This document shows, piece after piece, positions 28,318 through 36,452 of a stretch of 36,452 nt of DNA. The first letter of the stretch is position 1. Each line of letters starts with the position of its first letter. Position numbers and translations under genes: made by a program. The stretch lies in the sequence record SRR20825006_2218. The stretch is one strand, 5' to 3'. The notes below the pieces were generated by a model, which saw nothing but the letters and a program-made list of their open reading frames with translations, made no database searches and had not been told where the DNA came from.

Positions 28318-28327
28318 CAGGCAGATT

Positions 28328-29365
28328 TTAGCTAACAAAACCAACGATTTGGCGTACATGCTTCATAGTTTCTTCTGCGATTTCGCGGGCTCGATCTGCC
28401 CCGTCACGCAAAATATTGTCCACTTCAGCCGGATCCGCCAACATGCGCTTGGTTTCTTCAGAGATTGGGGCCAATTTCTCAACCGCCAGCTCTGCAAGAG
28501 CGGGTTTAAATGCACCAAACCCTTGGCCACCAAATTCTTTCAGCACATCTTCTGAGCTGATATTGGCCAAGGCCGCATAAATCTCAACCAAATTGCGCGC
28601 TTCACGACGATCTTCCAATCCGTCCATCTCAGATGGCAAAGGTTCAGGATCGGTTTTTGCTTTCCGCAGCTTTTTGGCGATATCGTCCGCACTGTCCATC
28701 AGGCCGATACATGCCATTTCCGATGGGTCAGATTTAGACATTTTCTTTGACCCGTCACGCAAAGACATGATCCGCATGGCTGGGCCAGAGATCAAAGGTT
28801 CCGTCATGGGGAAAAAGTCACCATCGTCAAAACCTTCTTCAATGATTTGCTTTTTGAAATCATTGTTGAATTTTTGCGCAATGTCGCGGGTCAGCTCCAA
28901 ATGCTGCTTCTGGTCGTCACCAACCGGCACATGTGTGCCGCGATAAAGCAGAATATCCGCTGCCATCAAGCTTGGATAAGCATAAAGACCCAAGGATGCA
29001 TTTTCGCGGTTTTTGCCCGCTTTATCCTTAAATTGGGTCATGCGGTTCATCCAGCCGATGCGGGCCACACAGTTGAAAATCCATGCCAGCTCTGCATGCT
29101 GCATCACTTGGCTTTGGTTAAAGATGATGGATTTTTTCGGGTCTACGCCGGTGGCCATATAGGTCGCGGCAATTTCCCGAATTTTGTGGCGCAGAACTTC
29201 AGGCTCTTGCCAGACCGTAATCGCATGCATATCGACCACGCAAAAGATGCAGTCAAACTGCTCTTGCATGGGGGCAAAACGACGGATCGCGCCCAGATAA
29301 TTGCCTAAGTGCAAATCACCTGAGGGCTGGACACCTGAGAAAAGGCGGTTCTGAAACTCGGTCAT
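28328..29365 (-). CDS. trpS: Tryptophan--tRNA ligase
   Basis: [18 protein letters not shown] (HIGH), [22 protein letters not shown] and KMSKS. Confidence 0.98.
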   Translation of the reverse strand: MTEFQNRLFSGVQPSGDLHLGNYLGAIRRFAPMQEQFDCIFCVVDMHAITVWQEPEVLRHKIREIAATYMATGVDPKKSIIFNQSQVMQHAELAWIFNCVARIGWMNRMTQFKDKAGKNRENASLGLYAYPSLMAADILLYRGTHVPVGDDQKQHLELTRDIAQKFNNDFKKQIIEEGFDDGDFFPMTEPLISGPAMRIMSLRDGSKKMSKSDPSEMACIGLMDSADDIAKKLRKAKTDPEPLPSEMDGLEDRREARNLVEIYAALANISSEDVLKEFGGQGFGAFKPALAELAVEKLAPISEETKRMLADPAEVDNILRDGADRAREIAEETMKHVRQIVGFVS

Positions 29366-29406
29366 GGATCAACCTATTTACAATCTACAATGAATTAACG
29401 GGGTTA

Positions 29407-29434
29407 CTTATAGCGGAATAAAACAAAAGGTGAA
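29407..29434 (-). promoter_or_regulatory. Putative sigma70 promoter of trpS
   Basis: Minus strand TTCACC-N16-TATAAG, about 40 nt upstream of the ATG. Confidence 0.4.
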
Positions 29435-29479
29435 GTGGGCCATTGCTGGAAATCGCACAGGGCATGTTCGCCTTACGAA

Positions 29480-31045
29480 TTAGCCTTTGGTTGGCTCTGT
29501 GGCTAAGCGTCGCCATCGACGCAAATCATAAACGCCAAAAAGCTGCACCATGCCAAAATAGGCCACCGCCCCAGCCCCAACCAACGCCAACAGGGCAGCA
29601 AAGCGCACCGCTACAAATTGGTCGGCAGCGAAATAGGGGGCAAGCAGCAATTGGCCGCCCACCAGAACCCAGCCCATGATCGCAGCGCCGAGGCACAGAT
29701 AGATCAAGCCATTTCGGGTTTCGCGGGTGAGTTGAAATTGCTTTTTCCGCATCAAGCCACCCGCCAACAGCACCACATTGGTCCAGCCCGCAATGGTGGT
29801 GGCGGCGGCAATGCCCACATGTTTGAAGAAGGGGAATAGCGCCAGCGAAAATCCAATATTGACGGCGACGGTGACCACCGCAAACATGGCTGGGCTGGCG
29901 GTGTTTTCCCGCGCAAAAAAGGCTGGTTGCAATATTTTGGCCAGCACGAAGCTGGGCAAGCCCAAAGCAAAAACAGCTAGGGCCATGGCGCTTTGTTCGG
30001 CAGCAAAGGCTGAGAAGGCGCCATATTCAAACAAGGTTTTGATGATCGACTCTGCAATCACAAATAGGGCAACAGCGGCCGGCACAGTCAGCATCATGGC
30101 GAACAGCATAGATTGATCTTGCACCCGCGCCGCACCTGCAAAATCTTCAGATTTTAAGCGTCGCGACAATTCCGGCAGCAGCACCACGCCGATGGCAATG
30201 CCGATGATGCCCAGTGGCAATTGATAAAGCCGATCCGCATAATAAAGATAAGACACGGCGCTGGCTTCATTTGAAGCGATGTTGGTGCCCACGACAATAT
30301 TGATTTGGGTGACGCCGCCCGTGAAAATGGCGGGCACAGCCAGGGTCCAAAAACGGCGCAGATCTTTATCCAATTTCGGCAGCGAGAGGGGCGGCAAAAA
30401 GCCGGTACGCACCAGCGCAAAGATCACCATCACCACTTGCGCCACGCCGCCCACCAGCACGCCGATGGACAGCCAAAACCCTGATTGAGCGATTTCAGGT
30501 CGTGTGAAAGCGAGCACCGCCAAAAAGCCGACCAGCACGACATTCAGCAATACCGGGGCCAAAGCCGCGGCCAGAAATTTGCGCAGCGAATTCAAAATCC
30601 CCGCATAGGCGGCCATTAAGGACATGCAGGCGAGATAGGGGAAGCAGATGCGGGCAAAGAGCACGGTGAGCTCGAACTTGTCTGGGTTTTCCTGAAAGCC
30701 CGGGGCCAAAATCATCACCAATTGCGGCATAAATATTTCGGCCAGCACCGTCAGCACGAGCAGAAGTGCAATCAGCGATGAGATGATGTTTTGCGCAAAT
30801 TTCACCGCCGCTTCATTGCCCTGGGTTTCCAGCGCCTTGGCAAAGAGTGGAATAAAGGCCGTGTTGAACGCGCCTTCGGCCAGAATGCGGCGGAACATGT
30901 TGGGCAAGCGAAAGGCGGCCACAAAGGCATCGGCCACCGGCCCCGCCCCCAAAATCGCCGCCATCATAATATCGCGCACGAAGCCCAACACACGCGACAA
31001 CAGGGTCGCGCCCCCAACAGAGGCAAAATTGCGCACCAAGCTCAT
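29480..31045 (-). CDS. murJ: Lipid II flippase MurJ (MviN)
   Basis: SRVLGFVRD, ADAF.AAFRLPN.FRR..AEGAF..AFIP and YADRLYQLPLG; many TM helices; TGATG overlap with glnD. Confidence 0.96.
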   Translation of the reverse strand: MSLVRNFASVGGATLLSRVLGFVRDIMMAAILGAGPVADAFVAAFRLPNMFRRILAEGAFNTAFIPLFAKALETQGNEAAVKFAQNIISSLIALLLVLTVLAEIFMPQLVMILAPGFQENPDKFELTVLFARICFPYLACMSLMAAYAGILNSLRKFLAAALAPVLLNVVLVGFLAVLAFTRPEIAQSGFWLSIGVLVGGVAQVVMVIFALVRTGFLPPLSLPKLDKDLRRFWTLAVPAIFTGGVTQINIVVGTNIASNEASAVSYLYYADRLYQLPLGIIGIAIGVVLLPELSRRLKSEDFAGAARVQDQSMLFAMMLTVPAAVALFVIAESIIKTLFEYGAFSAFAAEQSAMALAVFALGLPSFVLAKILQPAFFARENTASPAMFAVVTVAVNIGFSLALFPFFKHVGIAAATTIAGWTNVVLLAGGLMRKKQFQLTRETRNGLIYLCLGAAIMGWVLVGGQLLLAPYFAADQFVAVRFAALLALVGAGAVAYFGMVQLFGVYDLRRWRRLATEPTKG

Positions 31046-33876
31046 CAGGCAAGCCCTTTAAGGGACGCGCCTTCGCGCAGTTTTTTGTGGCGCTTGGCGC
31101 GCAAGGCTTTCTTCTCGCGCTCAAACCCGGCAAACACTTCCAACAGGCTTTCTTTGATCTTTTTCTGCCGCGCCTTATCGGTGATTTGCATGCCTGTCAG
31201 GTCAGTGACGTAGAAAACGTCAATCGCCTTCTCACCATAGGTGCCGATGTGCGCTGACTGAATGGTCAGGCTCAAATCTGCCAGCTCACGGGTCAGATCA
31301 TGCAATAGACCCGTGCGGTCCAACCCTGAAATCTCGATGACGGTGAATTTGTTGGAAAGCGAGTTTGAAATGTAAATATCTGTCGGCACAGAGAAGGGCT
31401 TGAGCCGCTTGTTTAGCTTGGAATCTCGGCCCAAATCTTTTGGTAGATATTTCTCGCCCGACAGCAATTTTTGCACGGTTTCGATGATTTTCAGGGCGCG
31501 AATGCGTTCATCTTCATCGGCGGTGAAGGTGCGTTTCAGGCGCAACGTATCCAGCGCATGGCCATCCCGCATCATAGAGATTTGCGCGCCCATAATGTCT
31601 GCATTTGCAAGAGTACAGGCCCCAGCAATCAGCGATAAAAGTCGCGGATGGTCTGGCGTATAGATTGACAGCTCCGTGATCGCTTCAAAGGCCTTCACGC
31701 TGACGCAACCCGCAAAGCTTTGGCCAAGCTGGTTGGCCTTACGTATCATCTTGGCATGTTCCATCTGCAGTTGGAATTCAGAGCGCACCCAATAGGTGGA
31801 ATAATGGCTTTCGATATAGTCTTCGCGCTGATTTTTCGGCCAATCGCGCAGAGCTTGGCTCAAACGTTCTTTCGCCGCCTCGATCCGTTCAGACTGGCTG
31901 ATTTGTGAATGGCCGCCCGAGAGCAATGGCTCGGTGGCATAATAAAGCGCGCGCAAAAGCGAGCCTTTCCAGCCTGTCCACACGCCGGGGCCAACGGCGC
32001 GAATATCGCACGCAGTAAGCACCAACAGCAATGAAAGCCGAGCTGGGCTTTGCACAATGTCAGCGAAATTGGCCGCGGTTTGCGGATCTTGCACGTCCCG
32101 CGCCTGCGAGATTTCACTCATCACCAAGTGATTTTGGATCAGCCAGGCGATGGTGTCGGTTTCGGCGGGCGTCAGGCCAAAACGTGGGCACAGCTTGCGG
32201 GCTACTTTGGCACCTGCCGTCGAATGATCTTCTGGCCGACCTTTGGCAATATCGTGCAGGAACAGGGCCACAAAAAGTAGTTTGATGTCCGCGAGATGCG
32301 GCAGCAATTCATGGGTCAGCGGCAGTTCATCTTTCAACCCGCCTTCCACAATTTCGGCCAGCACGCCAACGGCGCGGATCAAATGCTCGTCCACCGTATA
32401 ATGGTGATACATATTGAATTGCATCAGCGCGACGATGCGGCCAAATTCAGGGATAAATTTGCCCAGAATATCCGCCTCATTCATACGGCGCAAAATGCGC
32501 TCTACGGAGGGGGCGTGGGTTAAAATTTTGAGAAAATAGCCATTGGCTTCTTTATTTTGACGCAGATGCTTGTCGATCAATTGCCGCGAACGGGTCAATT
32601 CTTTCAACGCATCTGGATGGAACAGAAGCCCTTCTCGCCCGGCCACCCAGAAAATTTTAATCAGATTGACAGGGTCTTTTTCAAACACCTGATCATCAAC
32701 AATATTGATCCGGCCCCGATCGACCACAAAATCTTTTTCGCCTTTAATTTTCCGGCGTCCGGTCAAGGTTTTGCGCACACGGCCCAGCACGTCCACATCT
32801 TTGGCGTGATTAAATTCCAGCGATGTGCAGAAGATACGGGTCAAGTCGCCGACATCTTTCGCCACCGAGAAATAGCGCTTCATCAAGCGTTCCACAGGTC
32901 GCAAACCCGCGCGACCGCTCACATGCAAGCGCTGGGCCAAATCCTGTTGCAGCTCAAATGAAAGTTTCTCTTCGGAGCGCCCGGTGAGAAAGTGCAAATG
33001 GCAGCGAATGGCCCACAAAAAATCCTCGGAGCGTTGGAAGCGCCGGAATTCTGCGCGGGAAAAAACGCCTTTTTTCACCAGCTCAGCGCTCGTGCGCACG
33101 CGGTAGAAATATTTCGCGATCCAGAACAGTGTGTTCAAATCGCGCAGACCGCCTTTGCCGTCTTTGATGTTCGGCTCCACCACAAAGCGGGTGTTGCCAA
33201 TTTTTTCGTGTCGATCATCGCGCTCTGCCATTTTGGCGGCGATAAATTCCGCACCGCTATTGGCCACAATCTCGTCAGCAAAGCGCTGTTGCAGCTCATC
33301 ATAAAGCGCCAGATCGCCAATGATTTGGCGGCTTTCCAATGTGGCGGTGCGCACGGTCATGTCAGCTTTGGCCATGCGGATACATTCATCAATGGAGCGC
33401 ACAGCATGGCCGACCTTTTGGCCCAAATCCCACAGCAAATAGAGCACATATTCAGTGACGCTCTCGCCCCAAGGGGTTTGCTTATAGGGCAGGATAAACA
33501 GCAAATCGATGTCTGAGCCAGGGGCCAACGTGCCCCTGCCATAGCCGCCAACCGCGGCAATGGTTAGCGTTTCCGCATCAGATCTGTTGGTTACAGGGAA
33601 CACATAGCCGGAGGCGAACTTAAACGCCATTTTGATGATTTCATCTTGGGCAGCGCACAAATTCTTGGCGCAGCGCTTGCCCTTGCCATTTTCCAGCAAA
33701 TCTTGCTCGGATTGGCTGCGCGCATCGGCCAATGCTTTTTTGGCCGTGGCCAGCACAATTTTGCGGGCATCATTGCTGGCGGGAGACAGCTCGCCCAGCT
33801 GATCGAGAATATGTCCGATCAAATCGTCTGCTTTTTGCAGTTTAAATGCTTTTGGCATCCGATTATTTTCAGGCAT
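31045..33876 (-). CDS. glnD: Bifunctional PII uridylyltransferase/uridylyl-removing enzyme
   Basis: AVGGYGRG.LAPGSDIDLL, EPNIKDGKGGLRD, YHHYTVDEH, HDIAKG (HD domain) and two C-terminal ACT domains. Confidence 0.97.
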   Translation of the reverse strand: MPENNRMPKAFKLQKADDLIGHILDQLGELSPASNDARKIVLATAKKALADARSQSEQDLLENGKGKRCAKNLCAAQDEIIKMAFKFASGYVFPVTNRSDAETLTIAAVGGYGRGTLAPGSDIDLLFILPYKQTPWGESVTEYVLYLLWDLGQKVGHAVRSIDECIRMAKADMTVRTATLESRQIIGDLALYDELQQRFADEIVANSGAEFIAAKMAERDDRHEKIGNTRFVVEPNIKDGKGGLRDLNTLFWIAKYFYRVRTSAELVKKGVFSRAEFRRFQRSEDFLWAIRCHLHFLTGRSEEKLSFELQQDLAQRLHVSGRAGLRPVERLMKRYFSVAKDVGDLTRIFCTSLEFNHAKDVDVLGRVRKTLTGRRKIKGEKDFVVDRGRINIVDDQVFEKDPVNLIKIFWVAGREGLLFHPDALKELTRSRQLIDKHLRQNKEANGYFLKILTHAPSVERILRRMNEADILGKFIPEFGRIVALMQFNMYHHYTVDEHLIRAVGVLAEIVEGGLKDELPLTHELLPHLADIKLLFVALFLHDIAKGRPEDHSTAGAKVARKLCPRFGLTPAETDTIAWLIQNHLVMSEISQARDVQDPQTAANFADIVQSPARLSLLLVLTACDIRAVGPGVWTGWKGSLLRALYYATEPLLSGGHSQISQSERIEAAKERLSQALRDWPKNQREDYIESHYSTYWVRSEFQLQMEHAKMIRKANQLGQSFAGCVSVKAFEAITELSIYTPDHPRLLSLIAGACTLANADIMGAQISMMRDGHALDTLRLKRTFTADEDERIRALKIIETVQKLLSGEKYLPKDLGRDSKLNKRLKPFSVPTDIYISNSLSNKFTVIEISGLDRTGLLHDLTRELADLSLTIQSAHIGTYGEKAIDVFYVTDLTGMQITDKARQKKIKESLLEVFAGFEREKKALRAKRHKKLREGASLKGLA

Positions 33877-36452
33877 TTTCCCTCGAAAGTTTCTTCAGTT
33901 CGTAAATCAAATCAATCGCTTGGCGTGGCGTCATTTCATCAGGATTTATGCTTTTCATTTTTTGTGCAAGCAAATCTTGACGTTTTTCGACCTTTGGCTG
34001 CGGGCGTGCGGCAAAAAGTGGCAATTGGCTCATGCCTTCTTCCATGCTGCCCGCTTCGCGTTTTTCCAAAATATCCAAAACTTCTTGCGCCCGAGTTACC
34101 ACATGGTCCGGCAGCCCAGCTAATTTTGCCACCTGAATGCCGTATGATCTGTCGGCGGTGCCTTTGGCCACTTCGTGCAAAAACACCACGTCGCCTTCCC
34201 ATTCGCGCACCTTCATGGTGTGGTTGCTCACCCGATCCAACCGCTCTGAAAGGGCGGTGAGTTCGTGATAATGGGTGGCGAAAAGGGCGCGGCATTTGGT
34301 GTTTTCGTGCAAAGCTTCCACAGCGGCCCAAGCAATAGATAAGCCATCAAATGTGGCCGTTCCGCGACCAATTTCATCAAGCACAACCAGTGAACGGGCT
34401 GTTGCGCGGTTTAGAATGGCGGCAGTTTCTACCATTTCGACCATAAAGGTTGAACGGCCATGGGCGATATCATCTGCTGCCCCGACGCGCGAGAAAATGC
34501 GGTCCACGACGCCGATATGGGCAGAACGCGCAGGCACATAAATGCCCATTTGCGCCATAATGGCGATCAAGGCATTTTGCCGCAAATAGGTGGATTTACC
34601 GCCCATATTCGGCCCGGTGATCAGCCAAAGAGCGCCCACTTCGCCTGCTGCTTCTGGCCCGGACAAGTCACAATCATTGGCCACAAAATTTGTGGTGCCT
34701 TCTTTTTGCAACATCATTTCCACCACCGGGTGGCGGCCGGATTCAATTTCAAAGGCAGTGCTGCTGTCAATTTTCGGGCGGCTATAATTGCGCTCAAGGC
34801 CCAGCAAGGCCATCGCTGTGGCGAAATCTAGTTCCGCCAGTGCATCGGCAAGCTGTTGCAGCGCTTTGGTCTCGTTCAAAATTTCCGCACGCAATTGGGT
34901 GAAAATACCCTGCTCAATCGCCACTGCCGCCTCGCTGGCGCGGGTGATTTTGCCTTGCAATTCAGACAATTCATTGGTGGTGAAACGCACCACATTGGCC
35001 AAGGTCTGGCGGTGGATAAAGGTTTGATTGAGCGGCTCGCCCATCATCTTATCGCCATGGGAAGCTGGCACTTCAACGAAATAGCCCAGCACATTATTGT
35101 GCTTCACCTTGATGGATTTGATGCCGGAAATATCCGCATAATTAGCTTGCAGCGCCGCGATAATCTGGCGGCTTTCCGTTGCCAATGTGCGATATTCATC
35201 CAACTCCGGATTATAGCCTTTGGCCACAAATCCCCCATCGCGGGGCAGCAGTGGCAATTCCTCTTTCAAGGCACGGGCCAAATGGTCGGCCAGAGTTTGC
35301 GGTGAGGCCTCCAATGCCGCGACAATTTTTTGCACGCCTGTGCTTGGATTTCGGATTTGGCTGAGCGGGGCCAAAAGATGGCCTGCGGCAATCACGCTTG
35401 CGCCGATGGCGGCCATATCGCGCGGGCCACCCCGATCCAGTGAAAGGCGCGTTACGGCACGCACCAAATCTGGCGCAGCTTTTAAGCGGCCACGAATATC
35501 GGTGATCAGCAAGCTGTCGCGTGCAAAATCATCGAGCATGTCCAATCGGCCATTGATGGCTTGCGGATCGGCCAAAGGTGCCGCAATGCGCGACGACAAA
35601 AGGCGGGAACCGCCAGCGGTGACGCAATTGTCGAGGCAATGGCGCAGCGCCCCTTTGGTTTCGCCGCGATTGGTGCGCAGCAATTCCAACGAGGTGCGAG
35701 TGGCCGCATCAATCATCATGGCATTGGCCCCGCCCACGCGCGGCTGGCGCAACGGCACCTGTGCCCCGCGTTGCGTCTCGTCAATATAGCCGATCAATGC
35801 GCCGATGGCGGACCGCACCAACCGGGAAAAGGCAGATGGGTCCAACTGGTCCGCCGCAAAATATTTGCTGATCCGGTCGCCCGCCAAATCAGAATCGAAC
35901 AGGTCTGCCCGCTCTTCAGCCAACTGAATATCAGCAGCGGCGGGCACGCCGCCTGCTTCGATCAGGGCATCGCGTGTAGCTGCGGTCAGCACCAGTTCGC
36001 GCGGCTCAATACGTGCCAATTCATCGCTGATCATTTGCGCCGCAATTTCGGCATAGAACAGATCGCCCGTTGAAATATCCGCATAGGCAATCGCAAAATC
36101 TTTTTCGCCATGGCGCAGCATGGACAAGGTGGCGACATAATTATTGCTGCCGGTGGGCAGCAAATCATCTTCGGTGATGGTGCCGGGAGTGACCAGCCGC
36201 ACCACATCGCGCTTCACAACAGATTTTGAGCCCCGTTTTTTCGCTTCCGCGGGGTCTTCCATTTGCTCGCAAACGGCCACGCGATAGCCTTGGGCGATCA
36301 GCTTTTTCAAATAGTCCTGAGCCGCATGCACCGGCACGCCACACATGGGAATATCTTCATCCAAATGTTTGCCGCGTTTGGTGAGGGCAATCCCGAGCGC
36401 TTTTGACGCGATTTCGGCATCTTCGAAAAACAGCTCGTAAAAATCGCCCATG
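33869..36452 (-). CDS. mutS: DNA mismatch repair protein MutS, 5' end outside the window
   Basis: Starts inside the mismatch-binding motif MGDFYELFF. Contains GPNMGGKST, STFMVEM, DEIGRGT, ATHYHEL and SYGIQVAKLAG. Overlaps the glnD start by 8 nt. Confidence 0.97.
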   Translation of the reverse strand, partial: MGDFYELFFEDAEIASKALGIALTKRGKHLDEDIPMCGVPVHAAQDYLKKLIAQGYRVAVCEQMEDPAEAKKRGSKSVVKRDVVRLVTPGTITEDDLLPTGSNNYVATLSMLRHGEKDFAIAYADISTGDLFYAEIAAQMISDELARIEPRELVLTAATRDALIEAGGVPAAADIQLAEERADLFDSDLAGDRISKYFAADQLDPSAFSRLVRSAIGALIGYIDETQRGAQVPLRQPRVGGANAMMIDAATRTSLELLRTNRGETKGALRHCLDNCVTAGGSRLLSSRIAAPLADPQAINGRLDMLDDFARDSLLITDIRGRLKAAPDLVRAVTRLSLDRGGPRDMAAIGASVIAAGHLLAPLSQIRNPSTGVQKIVAALEASPQTLADHLARALKEELPLLPRDGGFVAKGYNPELDEYRTLATESRQIIAALQANYADISGIKSIKVKHNNVLGYFVEVPASHGDKMMGEPLNQTFIHRQTLANVVRFTTNELSELQGKITRASEAAVAIEQGIFTQLRAEILNETKALQQLADALAELDFATAMALLGLERNYSRPKIDSSTAFEIESGRHPVVEMMLQKEGTTNFVANDCDLSGPEAAGEVGALWLITGPNMGGKSTYLRQNALIAIMAQMGIYVPARSAHIGVVDRIFSRVGAADDIAHGRSTFMVEMVETAAILNRATARSLVVLDEIGRGTATFDGLSIAWAAVEALHENTKCRALFATHYHELTALSERLDRVSNHTMKVREWEGDVVFLHEVAKGTADRSYGIQVAKLAGLPDHVVTRAQEVLDILEKREAGSMEEGMSQLPLFAARPQPKVEKRQDLLAQKMKSINPDEMTPRQAIDLIYELKKLSRENA

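Noticed and set aside
1..36452. Large novel system, mobile element, CRISPR array, prophage, defence island, rRNA or tRNA
   Set aside because: Nearly all of the window is recognisable housekeeping genes in conserved order. No intergenic gap exceeds about 285 nt, and I saw no repeat-spacer array, transposase, integrase or tRNA cloverleaf.
36421..36452. mutS starting at 36451, or being a truncated pseudogene
   Set aside because: That Met belongs to the internal MGDFYE motif; the gene is cut by the window edge, as is fabB at the other end.

Overview
This is core-genome DNA from an alphaproteobacterium. Gene order and protein sequences point to Hyphomicrobiales/Rhizobiales; a Devosiaceae-like lineage such as Maritalea is my inference only. 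Most genes lie on the minus strand in well-known conserved clusters: mutS(partial)-glnD-murJ, trpS-usp, nfuA-tsaB-rimI-fur/mur-olsA-like-miaB-phoH-ybeY-corC-lnt-XRE-metK-trmB, rimP-nusA-ylxR-infB-rbfA-truB-rpsO-pnp, and fabA-fabB(partial). Plus-strand genes are a PhzF-family gene, irr, a 2-hydroxyacid dehydrogenase, a small NTF2-like gene and a DUF6544-like gene. I found no mobile element, CRISPR array, rRNA, tRNA, prophage or defence system, and I cannot support a claim of a large new system. The best leads are small. (1) An FNR/FixK box sits at class II activating geometry ahead of the DUF6544-like gene. (2) An Irr ICE box overlaps the putative nfuA promoter. (3) A SahR-like operator precedes metK. 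(4) The dehydrogenase lacks its canonical catalytic Glu and is closely linked to the NTF2-like gene. (5) An unlisted 38-aa ORF lies downstream of pnp. (6) Several structured leaders and perfect palindromes are present.
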